A stretch of DNA of 20,910 nt from a virus. Taxonomy: Duplodnaviria; Heunggongvirae; Uroviricota; Caudoviricetes. The stretch lies in the IMG/VR virus record IMGVR_UViG_2671181019_000012, positions 1 to 20,910 of that record. One strand, given 5' to 3'. The notes under the pieces are model-generated. The model ran no database searches. It was not told where the DNA came from and saw nothing but the letters and a program-made list of their open reading frames with translations. Shown here piece by piece: positions 1 through 8,125 of the stretch; the first letter of the stretch is position 1; the number at the start of each line of letters is the position of its first letter. A program made the translations under genes and the position numbers.

Positions 1-28
1 AATCCCTACCCGAAATAATACTTATTAG

Positions 29-55
29 AAAAAAACCAGCCTTTGGGGAGGCTGG
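29..55 (-). terminator. tR'-like intrinsic terminator about 100 nt downstream of Q
   Basis: Stem CCAGCC (36-41) / GGCTGG (50-55), 8-nt loop, followed on minus strand by a 7-T run (plus-strand A-run 29-35). Confidence 0.55.
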
Positions 56-155
56 CTAAATCAGGAAACAAGCTGTTATATGATAATAACTACGTTGCGA
101 TTCCAACATTTAAAATGTTAGACTAATGAGAATCAGACAGCAACTTTTCCTTTAA

Positions 156-533
156 TTATTTTGAACAATCAGCATCCATCTCCAATCGGAGATCCAACAC
201 CATCAGCATACCCTCCACTACGCCCTCAGCTTTCTGGAGCATCCTGCCAACCCAACAATCAGATCGCCCATGCTTACGTGCAAGCGCCATAAAAGTCATG
301 CCGCCGACATAATAGTCCACCAATAAATCATGCAAATCGCTGTTGTTCTTTTTCAGACGGGCCATGCACCCGCAAATGATCATCGCGTCATCGTCACAAC
401 ATTGCGGGCGAGATTTTACTTTTGAAGGAATTAATCCCTTAAAACCGGCGGCAATGGACGACCAGGTCACATCTTCATGATTATTAGCCGCCCACGCTCC
501 CCAACGCTCAAGAACCATCTGAATATCACGCAT
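156..533 (-). CDS. Late-gene antitermination protein Q (small Q family, resembles DLP12 QuuD from memory)
   Basis: ORF 156..548; first ATG at 533 preceded by GGAG; translation [20 protein letters not shown]... with a CCDDD...CGC cysteine cluster; followed by terminator at 29-55. Confidence 0.7.
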   Translation of the reverse strand: MRDIQMVLERWGAWAANNHEDVTWSSIAAGFKGLIPSKVKSRPQCCDDDAMIICGCMARLKKNNSDLHDLLVDYYVGGMTFMALARKHGRSDCWVGRMLQKAEGVVEGMLMVLDLRLEMDADCSK

Positions 534-755
534 CAACTTACTCCACAAAAATCAGACCAGAACGCCAATTACAAGCAAAAATCAATAAAACAGTATTAGT
601 TGATTGTTATCTCTGACTTCATACTCCTGCTCCTGTCAGGGTTTTGGCGTAATTCCTCAGTATTCGGTAATCGGTCAAAACAGAACTGGGGAAACGATAT
701 AAGCGCAGGCGCATCCAGCGGTGGCGAAGAAGTTCTGCCATATTAAACTCAAACA

Positions 756-863
756 TCATTCATTCCCCATTTCGGTGATGGTCAGTTCCAGCCTCCCACC
801 TTTGGTAGCAAGTGTTGTTTGAGAGATATTCAGTGACTCTCGATATTTTCGTAGGTTGCTCAT
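756..863 (-). pseudogene. Truncated cro-like XRE-HTH remnant (35 codons)
   Basis: ATG at 863 with GGAGGG RBS; MSNLRKYRESLNISQTTLATKGG resembles the N-terminal half of 434-type Cro HTH, then ends after unrelated residues; divergent from cI. Confidence 0.4.
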
Positions 864-979
864 ATGCCCTCCATAGTAACCTCGAATAAAAAATACAATA
901 TGTACTTTCCAAATACAAGCAAAAATACACATTGTGCATGGATGGTTCCAGTACAGAGCGTAATAATAAGGACATGAAA
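864..979. promoter_or_regulatory. Divergent immunity promoter/operator region (pRM/pR-like) between cro remnant and cI
   Basis: Intergenic between divergent HTH genes; repeated AAATACA[AC] motifs at 891-898, 911-918, 923-930; same motif recurs at 3155-3162. Confidence 0.4.
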
Positions 980-1633
980 ATGAAATGGTATGAACTGGCT
1001 AGATCCAGAATGAAAGAGCTCGGCATAACTCAAGAGAAGTTAGCCGAAGAGCTAGGTATGACGCAGGGTGGGATTGGACACTGGTTGCGCGGATCTCGTC
1101 ATCCATCTCTTAGTGATATTGGTGTGGTGTTTAAATACCTTGGTATTGATAACATATCATTCAACCACGACGGGACATTTTCACCTGTTGGCGAATACTC
1201 ATCGGCCCCAGTTAAAAAACAATATGAGTACCCTGTATTTTCTCATGTTCAGGCTGGGATGTTCTCTCCAGAACTCAGAACCTTTACCAAAGGCGATGCG
1301 GAGAGATTGGTAAGCACAACCAAAAAAGCCAGTGACTCTGCATTCTGGCTTGAGGTTGAAGGTAACTCAATGACCGCACCAACAGGTTCCAAACCCAGTT
1401 TTCCTGACGGGATGTTAATTCTGGTTGACCCTGAGCAAGCTGTTGAGCCCGGCGATTTCTGCATAGCCAGACTTGGTGGTGATGAATTTACCTTCAAGAA
1501 ACTGATCAGGGATAGCGGTCAGGTGTTTCTACAGCCACTAAACCCACAATACCCAATGATCCCATGCAATGAGAGTTGTTCCGTTGTGGGGAAAGTTATC
1601 GCTAGTCAGTGGCCTGAAGAGACGTTTGGGTGA
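980..1633 (+). CDS. cI: CI-type prophage repressor (XRE HTH N-domain + LexA/S24 autocleavage C-domain)
   Basis: C-terminal ~130 aa match lambda CI as I recall it ([29 protein letters not shown]...GNSM...FKKL...PEETFG); N-terminal HTH differs from lambda. Start 980 (AAGGA 968-972) or 974. Confidence 0.9.
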   Translation: MKWYELARSRMKELGITQEKLAEELGMTQGGIGHWLRGSRHPSLSDIGVVFKYLGIDNISFNHDGTFSPVGEYSSAPVKKQYEYPVFSHVQAGMFSPELRTFTKGDAERLVSTTKKASDSAFWLEVEGNSMTAPTGSKPSFPDGMLILVDPEQAVEPGDFCIARLGGDEFTFKKLIRDSGQVFLQPLNPQYPMIPCNESCSVVGKVIASQWPEETFG

Positions 1634-1679
1634 CAAGAAGCACAGGTATTAACAATAACTTTCATGGTGATACGAATCA

Positions 1680-2222
1680 GTGGCTAAAAAAGGCGACTTT
1701 AAGCCTACCCAGAAAGAGGTTGACCAAGCTATTACTCGCTTGAAAAAAGTAACTTTTAGCGGAGTTACATGGACCGGAAGTGAGGGACGAACCCCAATCT
1801 GGTTTAAATTGGATCTCAAAGCTTTTGATGAAATTGGCAACCCAATCACAGGCATAAGATTTATGCTTCACTGGCGTCCTCCTATCGTTGAAGGGGTGGA
1901 TATAGTGAAGATTTCATTTGTGATGTTTCTTCATGACAGGCGCATTTACGCGCTTGATCCGTACCCTGCGGATAACAAGCCACACCGTAATAAATCTATA
2001 GTGAACCATCCAGATTTTGTTGAGGTGGCTCGAGGTCCTCACTATCACATGTACTTCGAATCAGCTGGGGAAGAAATTGCACTTAAGCTTGAAACGAACA
2101 TCAAGCCAGATGATTTTTTTGGCTACTGGAATTATTTTTGCGAGGCGCTTAATATCATATATGAAGGCAGCCCACCTTTACCTAATCAAGATAAATCAGG
2201 TCAGTTATCATGGGAAATGTAA
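1680..2222 (+). CDS. Hypothetical protein, first gene of rex-position cassette
   Basis: 180-codon ORF with GTG start, 46 nt after cI stop, same strand; overlaps next ORF by 13 nt; no motif I recognise. Confidence 0.55.
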   Translation: MAKKGDFKPTQKEVDQAITRLKKVTFSGVTWTGSEGRTPIWFKLDLKAFDEIGNPITGIRFMLHWRPPIVEGVDIVKISFVMFLHDRRIYALDPYPADNKPHRNKSIVNHPDFVEVARGPHYHMYFESAGEEIALKLETNIKPDDFFGYWNYFCEALNIIYEGSPPLPNQDKSGQLSWEM

Positions 2223-2986
2223 CGTGTTCAACAGTCATATCTAAGCTCGGGTTTGAATGCCACCCAATGAGCGACACGTTGCTGCGCGTTATTAGTCCAT
2301 TCACATACTACGATGATTGTGAGCAGATAAGTGTATTCGTTCAAGAGATGAGTGGTCAGTATAGGGTTACAGACTACTGCGATACATTGATGAATATTGA
2401 ATCACGCGGCATCCACCTGACTAAAAAGAAAATTGATCTGATCAGGTCATCACTCGCTTCGCAAGGAATTTCATTAAATGACTCTGGAGAGATATCTGCG
2501 TGGGCAGATGAGTCGTCCGTTGGACAGGTAACTGCAAATGTTATTCGTGGTGGGATTCTTGCATCCGCCCAAACTGCTGATTGGTATGCTGAGGTCAAAG
2601 ACGATAAGTTCGAAAAATGTGTAATCAGTTACTTAAAATCAGCAGGGCTTGGGAAGCGACTAGTCTTAAAGGAAAAAGTGAAAGGTATTAGTGGGCATAA
2701 CATTACTGTTCCGTTAACGCTAAGGAATGAGTCTCGACTAATACCACCAAAACGCGGGTTTACGGTAAGCCTTGCCAGCAGTAAGGGATGGAATACTGCC
2801 CACTCAACAGTTGGGAAGATTATTGACTTAAGTCAGGTCGTTCCTGACATAAACAATAGATTTGTAATAGTTGACAGCGATGGGTTAACACCTGAGCTAC
2901 AGCAACTATCATTACTATTTAATGATACCGCACGAGTGTTGCCATTCCATACCAGAGACTCTTGGATTGAGTCTCTGGTAGCCTAG
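2210..2986 (+). CDS. Hypothetical protein, second gene of rex-position cassette
   Basis: 258-codon ORF overlapping the previous stop; followed by intrinsic terminator; no motif I recognise. Confidence 0.6.
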   Translation: MGNVTCSTVISKLGFECHPMSDTLLRVISPFTYYDDCEQISVFVQEMSGQYRVTDYCDTLMNIESRGIHLTKKKIDLIRSSLASQGISLNDSGEISAWADESSVGQVTANVIRGGILASAQTADWYAEVKDDKFEKCVISYLKSAGLGKRLVLKEKVKGISGHNITVPLTLRNESRLIPPKRGFTVSLASSKGWNTAHSTVGKIIDLSQVVPDINNRFVIVDSDGLTPELQQLSLLFNDTARVLPFHTRDSWIESLVA

Positions 2987-2991
2987 AAAAA

Positions 2992-3017
2992 CCCGGCCTC
3001 AGCGCCGGGTTTTCTTT
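2992..3017 (+). terminator. Intrinsic terminator closing the cI-cassette operon
   Basis: Stem CCCGGC (2992-2997) / GCCGGG (3004-3009), then TTTTCTTT. Confidence 0.6.
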
Positions 3018-3145
3018 GCCTCACCCCCCACCTAAAGACACATAACCAAATGTATTTATTGAAAAATAAATAGATACAACTCACTAAACCACGCAATTCT
3101 GATCTCTCCTTACATCGCCGAGGCGATACACCCACGCTAAAAAAC

Positions 3146-3231
3146 AACACTATTAAATACAAAGTGTTATAAAAAATCACCCCATTTTAGAACAAATCGT
3201 ATTTATCCAATAGAGTACATATCGTACTATT
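3146..3231. promoter_or_regulatory. Candidate OL/pL operator-promoter region
   Basis: Inverted repeats AACACT (3146-3151) n11 AGTGTT (3163-3168) containing AAATACAA, and GTAC-atatc-GTAC (3215-3227); lies between cassette terminator and N. Confidence 0.3.
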
Positions 3232-3276
3232 TAACCGTCAGCAGGACGCTGGAAGCCAAACGGAACAGACTGGCAG

Positions 3277-3304
3277 GCTCTTTAAACAACGTCGAACTCT
3301 CGAC
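3277..3304 (+). promoter_or_regulatory. Candidate nutL (boxA-like GCTCTTTAAACAA plus boxB-like hairpin)
   Basis: GCTCTTTAAACAA (3277-3289) resembles boxA consensus; adjacent hairpin GTCGA-actc-TCGAC (3291-3304); about 120 nt upstream of N. Confidence 0.35.
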
Positions 3305-3420
3305 TACGTGGCTGAAAAGCCAGATCACCCAACCACATGAGCTGTGGGATGCAATGCCGAAGCAACCGTCTCAGGAGGAGCTTCGAGATTGCATCACCAA
3401 AGTTTATTCGGGAGGAATCT

Positions 3421-3693
3421 ATGTCCAGAAAAACAGAATTTAAAGGCACCTCAGCTTCTCGTCGTAGAGCTCGTCGCGCAAACCTGCAAAGTCAGGAGGC
3501 GATTAGCTCCGACAAGCTACACAGACCAACCCCCTCTCGAGTGGTCTTGCAATGCAAGCGCAAACCAGCAATGAGAGCAGAAGTAATAACACTGACAACG
3601 TTGACCAGAAAATATGAAGGCTCAACTTGTCTTCCAAATGTAGCTCTTTACGCGGCAGGCTACAGGAAATCAAAACAACTGACAGCAAGGTGA
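3421..3693 (+). CDS. N: N-type transcription antiterminator
   Basis: ATG 3421 after GGGAGG; arginine-rich motif SASRRRARRANLQ; C-terminus LPNVALYAAGYRKSKQLTAR closely resembles P22 gp24/N C-terminus as I recall it. Confidence 0.7.
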   Translation: MSRKTEFKGTSASRRRARRANLQSQEAISSDKLHRPTPSRVVLQCKRKPAMRAEVITLTTLTRKYEGSTCLPNVALYAAGYRKSKQLTAR

Positions 3694-3821
3694 CTTGTGT
3701 TGGTCGCCAGAAAATAAAATTAGGCAGCAAACCACTTATTTGAGGTGATATATGGAAGAAGAATTTGAAGAGTTCGAAGAGCATCCTCAGGATGTGATGG
3801 AACAATACCAGGACTATCCGT

Positions 3822-4022
3822 ATGACTACGACTATTGATAAAAATCAATGGTGTGGACAATTCAAGCGATGCAATGGATGCAAGCTGCAATCGGAATGCA
3901 TGGTTAAGCCTGAAGAAATGTTTCCTGTAATGGAAGATGGGAAATATGTCGATAAATGGGCAATACGAACGACGGCAATGATTGCCAGAGAACTTGGTAA
4001 ACAGAACAACAAGGCTGCCTGA
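3822..4022 (+). CDS. Hypothetical small Cys-rich early protein
   Basis: 66-codon ORF with CxxxxxxCxxC cluster. Confidence 0.4.
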   Translation: MTTTIDKNQWCGQFKRCNGCKLQSECMVKPEEMFPVMEDGKYVDKWAIRTTAMIARELGKQNNKAA

Positions 4023-4081
4023 TGGTGGCCTTTATTTTTTGGCCGTAAATAATTTCATGCTTATTACAATCAAGGGGATAT

Positions 4082-4531
4082 ATGGAAGAACAAGCAAACA
4101 AGATTCTCGTAGAACTACTGCAAAAAGCCAGCAATGGAATAGACACGGCTGTTTCATTCAGCCAGGCGCAGATTCCTGATGTTGTTCATCAGTTGCTGCT
4201 ATGGAATATGGTTGACAGTCTGATTAAAACATTAATAGCCATTCTAACAATCCCACTGGTTTTCTGGTTTATGAAGAAGCAGTGCCGAAGAGTTGAGACA
4301 GGTAAAATCGGTGATGAAGGATATTCATGGGAGAAGGGAAATCCCAAATACAGGCCGACAATGGTTTGGGATAGCAAAGGTGATATTAATCTTCTTATCA
4401 TGCCATTAGTTGGAGTTTTGGCTCTGTGGGGGATTTTTATTATTAGTGCAGTAACCAATATGACATGGTTAAAAATTTTGCTGGCTCCAAAGCTTTACCT
4501 TATCGAATATGCAGCATCATTGGTTAAGTAA
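4082..4531 (+). CDS. Small inner-membrane protein, possibly SieB-like superinfection exclusion (position-based guess)
   Basis: ATG 4082 after AAGGGG; two clear hydrophobic helices; sits in early-left region; followed by terminator. Confidence 0.5.
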   Translation: MEEQANKILVELLQKASNGIDTAVSFSQAQIPDVVHQLLLWNMVDSLIKTLIAILTIPLVFWFMKKQCRRVETGKIGDEGYSWEKGNPKYRPTMVWDSKGDINLLIMPLVGVLALWGIFIISAVTNMTWLKILLAPKLYLIEYAASLVK

Positions 4532-4536
4532 TTTCA

Positions 4537-4562
4537 GGCCGCATAGTCGGCCTTTATTTTTG
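4537..4562 (+). terminator. Intrinsic terminator
   Basis: GGCCG-catagt-CGGCC followed by TTTATTTTT. Confidence 0.6.
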
Positions 4563-4680
4563 GCACTAACAACAGAATAAACACTGCACTGTGTATTCAT
4601 TCCAACGAGTGAATACACGGAGCAATGTCGCTCGTAACTAAACAGGAGCCGACTTGTTCTGATTATTGGAAATCTTCTTT

Positions 4681-4708
4681 GCCCTCCAATGTGAGGGCGA
4701 TTTTTTAT
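4681..4708 (+). terminator. Intrinsic terminator
   Basis: GCCCTC-caatgt-GAGGGC followed by GATTTTTTAT. Confidence 0.55.
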
Positions 4709-4726
4709 CTATGAGGATATGAATAG

Positions 4727-5074
4727 ATGTCAAACATCAAAAAATACATCATTGATTACGACTGGAAAGCATCAATAGAAATTGAAATCGACCATGACGT
4801 AATGAAAGAGGAAAAACTTCACCAGATTAATAATTTCTGGTCAGACTCTGAATACCGACTAAATAAACACGGCTCTTTATTAAATGCTGTATTAATCATG
4901 CTGGCGCAACATGCTCTGCTTATAGCAATTTCGAAAGACTTAAATGCATATGGTGTTGTGTGTGAGTTCGACTGGAATGATGGAAATGGTCAGGAAGGAT
5001 GGCCTCCAATGGATGGTAGCGAAGGAATAAGAATTACCGATATCGATACATCAGGAATATCCGAAATCCCCTGA
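4727..5074 (+). CDS. Hypothetical phage protein
   Basis: 115-codon ORF, ATG with GAGGA RBS. Confidence 0.5.
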   Translation: MSNIKKYIIDYDWKASIEIEIDHDVMKEEKLHQINNFWSDSEYRLNKHGSLLNAVLIMLAQHALLIAISKDLNAYGVVCEFDWNDGNGQEGWPPMDGSEGIRITDIDTSGISEIP

Positions 5075-5119
5075 AAGCACAGCGGCTGGCTGAGGAGATA
5101 AATAATAAACGGGGGCTGT

Positions 5120-5677
5120 ATGACTGATTTCACCGGAAGCAATACTCCTGCCGAACATCGCGACAGCTGGCGCACACCACCAGAGATTTTTACTGCGCTT
5201 AATGCAGAGTTCGTTTTTCAACTTGATGCTGCCGCCAGCGAAAAAAACCGACTATGTCGGCTTTTTATCTCACAGGAGCAGAACACATTAACCACTTCAT
5301 GGCCTGAAGCAATGGGATATGCCTCTGGTTATGTCTGGTTGAATCCACCATACAGCAATATTTCCCCTTTTGTGAAAAAGGCAGCCACTGAAAACAAATT
5401 CAGTAGTGTGGGATGTGTAATGTTATTGCCTGCTGACACATCTGTCGGATGGTTTCATGAAGCGATACAAACCGCCAGTGAGGTCAGATTCATCACGGCA
5501 GGACGACTGGCATTTATTAACCCACTCACTGAGAAACCCGTCAGTGGAAATAATAAAGGCTCGATGCTCATTATCTGGCACCCATACCCCCGTACACACT
5601 GCCACTTTACGACCGTTGATCGTGGAGAGTTGATGGCGTTCGGCTCAAGGATTCTTGCCCGTCGGGAGGCTGCATGA
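5120..5677 (+). CDS. Phage-type DNA N6-adenine methyltransferase (orphan)
   Basis: NPPY catalytic motif (WLNPPYSN); size and context typical of phage Dam-family methyltransferases. Confidence 0.85.
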   Translation: MTDFTGSNTPAEHRDSWRTPPEIFTALNAEFVFQLDAAASEKNRLCRLFISQEQNTLTTSWPEAMGYASGYVWLNPPYSNISPFVKKAATENKFSSVGCVMLLPADTSVGWFHEAIQTASEVRFITAGRLAFINPLTEKPVSGNNKGSMLIIWHPYPRTHCHFTTVDRGELMAFGSRILARREAA

Positions 5678-5757
5678 CAACCACGGAATGCATTTTTCTG
5701 GCAGCGGGCTTCATATTCTGTGTGCTTATGCTTGCCGACATGGGACTTGTTCAATGA
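5674..5757 (+). CDS. 27-aa hydrophobic peptide, translationally coupled on both sides
   Basis: GGGAGG RBS; ATG overlaps methyltransferase stop (ATGA 5674-5677); its stop overlaps next ATG (ATGA 5754-5757); MTTTECIFLAAGFIFCVLMLADMGLVQ. Confidence 0.35.
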   Translation: MTTTECIFLAAGFIFCVLMLADMGLVQ

Positions 5758-5969
5758 CACCTCAGCACGAAAACGCCCTTCGCAGCATTGCCCGTCAGGC
5801 TAATTCTGAAATCAAAAAAGCCAGACAGCAGTTTCCGGATAAAAACGTCGATGACATTTGCCGTAGCGTACTGAAGAAGCACCGCGAAACGGTAACGCTG
5901 ATGGGATTCACACCGACTCATTTAAGCCTGGCGATCGGCATGTTAAACGGCGTCTTTAAGGAACGGTGA
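5754..5969 (+). CDS. Hypothetical protein (71 aa)
   Basis: In-frame ATG coupled to upstream peptide; the 5655 start in the ORF track is probably an artefactual 5' extension. Confidence 0.5.
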   Translation: MTPQHENALRSIARQANSEIKKARQQFPDKNVDDICRSVLKKHRETVTLMGFTPTHLSLAIGMLNGVFKER

Positions 5970-6067
5970 ACATGAAAAGCAAAATCATCAGGGAGCTACA
6001 GGCTCCTTTTTTATTGTTCGCATTCATCCTCAAGCGTATTAACCAACAATTCAGGGATTAATGGAAG

Positions 6068-6286
6068 ATGGCAGACATCATTGATTCAGCATCAGAAATC
6101 GAAGAATTACAGCGCAATACAGCAATAAAAATGCGTCGTCAGAACTACCAGACTGTATCCGCAACTCATTGTTGTGAGTGTGGCGATCCGATAGATGAGC
6201 GAAGACGCCTGGCTGTTCAGGGTTGTCGGACTTGTGCAAGTTGCCAGGAGGAGATCGAACTTAAGAACAAACAATGGGGACTGTGA
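6068..6286 (+). CDS. TraR/DksA-family C4 zinc-finger protein
   Basis: CCECGDPI...CRTCASC (CxxC-n17-CxxC) in a 72-aa protein. Confidence 0.75.
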   Translation: MADIIDSASEIEELQRNTAIKMRRQNYQTVSATHCCECGDPIDERRRLAVQGCRTCASCQEEIELKNKQWGL

Positions 6287-6333
6287 TGGCCTCAAAGCAG
6301 CAAATTTCAACATCGTCCAACTGAGGTGTAAAA

Positions 6334-6612
6334 ATGTTCAGAATCATTTTTCCTAACACCTGGTACGTCGACCACCACGGCACTCCCTGCAAAATCCTGC
6401 GTTCTACCCACAACAAAGTTCACTACATCCGAAAAGGCAGAACATGTATCGCCAGCATGTTCCGCTTTAATCATGACTTTGAACCTGTGAATAAAGCTGA
6501 TGCAGATCGGATAGCAGAAGAGATCGAAACGGCAGAACACATTAAGAAGTTACGTGACATGCGTTCAAAAAGCAGAGGTAACCATGGAATCATACAGCCT
6601 CACACTCGATGA
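6334..6612 (+). CDS. Hypothetical phage protein
   Basis: 92-codon ORF with GAGGTG RBS. Confidence 0.5.
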   Translation: MFRIIFPNTWYVDHHGTPCKILRSTHNKVHYIRKGRTCIASMFRFNHDFEPVNKADADRIAEEIETAEHIKKLRDMRSKSRGNHGIIQPHTR

Positions 6613-6934
6613 GGCCTGTCAGTTTCTCAAGATATCCAGACCTACCGCTACCAACTGGATACGAACAGGCCGCCTACAGGCAACACGCAAAGACCCCACT
6701 AAACTAAAATCTCCTTACCTCACAACACGACAAGCCTGCATTGCGGCGCTTCAGTCTCCGCTGCATACTGTCCAGGTGAGCGCGGGTGATGGCATAACAG
6801 AGGAAAGAAAATGTCACTCTTCCGCAGAGGTGAAATATGGTACGCCAGTTTCACATTGCCGAACGGTAAAAGATTTAAACAGTCTCTTGGAACAAAGGAC
6901 AAAAGGCAGGCGACAGAACTCCATGACAAGCTAA
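6584..6934 (+). CDS. xis: Excisionase (AlpA/Xis-type HTH)
   Basis: [31 protein letters not shown] directly upstream of and overlapping int; ATG 6584 after GAGG. True 3' end uncertain. Confidence 0.55.
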   Translation: MESYSLTLDEACQFLKISRPTATNWIRTGRLQATRKDPTKLKSPYLTTRQACIAALQSPLHTVQVSAGDGITEERKCHSSAEVKYGTPVSHCRTVKDLNSLLEQRTKGRRQNSMTS

Positions 6935-7974
6935 AGGCTGAAGCATGGCGGGTCAGCAAACTTGGTGAAATACCTGATATAACGTTCGAGGAAGCGTGTG
7001 TCAGGTGGCTTGAAGAGAAAGCACATAAAAAATCACTGGACGATGACAAAAGCCGGATCGGATTCTGGCTTCAACATTTCGCAGGAATGCAACTAAGAGA
7101 CATTACTGAATCAAAAATTTATTCAGCAATGCAGAAAATGACGAACCGGCGTAATGAGGAAAACTGGAAACTCAGGGCAGAAGCATGCAGAAAAAAAGGG
7201 AAACCTGTTCCAGAATACAAGCCAAAACCAGCGTCTGTTGCAACGAAGGCTACGCATCTTTCATTTATAAAAGCCCTACTAAGAGCCGCAGAGCGTGAAT
7301 GGAAAATGCTGGATAAGGCACCAATTATTAAAGTGCCTCAACCAAAGAATAAACGGATCCGCTGGCTGGAGCCCCATGAAGCACAAAGGCTGATTGATGA
7401 ATGTCCGGAGCCATTAAAGTCTGTTGTTGAATTTGCACTGGCAACAGGCTTAAGACGCTCGAACATCATCAACCTTGAATGGCAACAAATAGATATGCAG
7501 CGCCGGGTGGCATGGATAAACCCGGAAGAGAGTAAATCAAACCGCGCAATCGGCGTTGCGCTGAATGATACTGCATGTCGCGTATTGAAAAAACAAATCG
7601 GGAATCATCACCGTTGGGTATTTGTGTACAAGGAAAGCTGTACCAAACCAGACGGAACGAAAGCGCCAACAGTAAGGAAGATGCGGTATGACGCAAACAC
7701 AGCCTGGAAAGCGGCGCTGAGACGGGCTGGTATTGATGATTTCAGATTTCACGACTTGAGACACACCTGGGCAAGTTGGCTGGTTCAAGCCGGAGTCCCG
7801 TTGTCAGTGTTACAGGAAATGGGAGGCTGGGAGTCTATCGAAATGGTTCGTCGATATGCTCACCTTGCACCTAATCACCTTACCGAACACGCACGGCAAA
7901 TAGACTCGATCCTGAACCCATCGGTCCCAAATTTGTCCCAGTCAAAAAATAAGGAAGGTACTAATGATGTGTAA
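6811..7974 (+). CDS. int: Tyrosine integrase (lambda family; resembles DLP12 IntD from memory)
   Basis: 387 aa; catalytic-region signatures ([16 protein letters not shown]); adjacent to tRNA att core. Confidence 0.9.
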   Translation: MSLFRRGEIWYASFTLPNGKRFKQSLGTKDKRQATELHDKLKAEAWRVSKLGEIPDITFEEACVRWLEEKAHKKSLDDDKSRIGFWLQHFAGMQLRDITESKIYSAMQKMTNRRNEENWKLRAEACRKKGKPVPEYKPKPASVATKATHLSFIKALLRAAEREWKMLDKAPIIKVPQPKNKRIRWLEPHEAQRLIDECPEPLKSVVEFALATGLRRSNIINLEWQQIDMQRRVAWINPEESKSNRAIGVALNDTACRVLKKQIGNHHRWVFVYKESCTKPDGTKAPTVRKMRYDANTAWKAALRRAGIDDFRFHDLRHTWASWLVQAGVPLSVLQEMGGWESIEMVRRYAHLAPNHLTEHARQIDSILNPSVPNLSQSKNKEGTNDV

Positions 7975-7988
7975 CTTATTGATTTAAA

Positions 7989-8037
7989 TGGTGCCGATAA
8001 TAGGAGTCGAACCTACGACCTTCGCATTACGAATGCG
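7989..8037 (-). tRNA. Partial tRNA-Thr(CGU) 3' fragment (thrW-type att core), not a complete gene
   Basis: Minus strand reads CGCATTCGTAATGCGAAGGTCGTAGGTTCGACTCCTATTATCGGCACCA (anticodon loop, T-arm, acceptor 3' strand, CCA); 5' half absent. Confidence 0.75.
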
Positions 8038-8125
8038 TAAATTGATCTTGTAAAATCAATACCTATCGAATTTAAATGGATTTTTTGCCACAATATTGCC
8101 ACAGTTCGTTAGGAATCAGACAGAA

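Larger units (their letters stand above)
1..8037. mobile_element. Partial lambdoid cryptic prophage (Q, cro remnant, cI, rex-position cassette, N, early-left genes, xis, int); late-gene side runs off the window start
   Basis: Gene content and lambda-like orientation (Q and cro on minus; cI, N, xis, int on plus); ends at a partial tRNA-Thr att core; no O/P replication genes between cro and Q. Confidence 0.75.

Noticed and set aside
760-1026. 88-aa minus-strand ORF from the ORF track spanning the cI start region
   Set aside because: It overlaps the cI start and the divergent promoter region, and its product has no HTH character. A different frame on the same strand gives a GGAGGG-led ORF with a Cro-like N-terminus, which I annotated instead as a remnant.
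2017-2244. 75-aa alternative-frame plus-strand ORF inside the first cassette gene
   Set aside because: Fully nested in another frame of a longer ORF and bridges the gene junction; no independent support.
5655-5753. N-terminal extension of the 104-aa ORF starting at TTG 5655
   Set aside because: The extension overlaps the methyltransferase 3' end and a better-supported coupled small ORF; the in-frame ATG at 5754 with ATGA coupling is the more plausible start.
8038-8070. Complete tRNA-Thr gene at the att site
   Set aside because: Sequence 5' of the anticodon arm on the minus strand does not match a D-arm or acceptor 5' strand; only the 3' ~49 nt are tRNA-derived.
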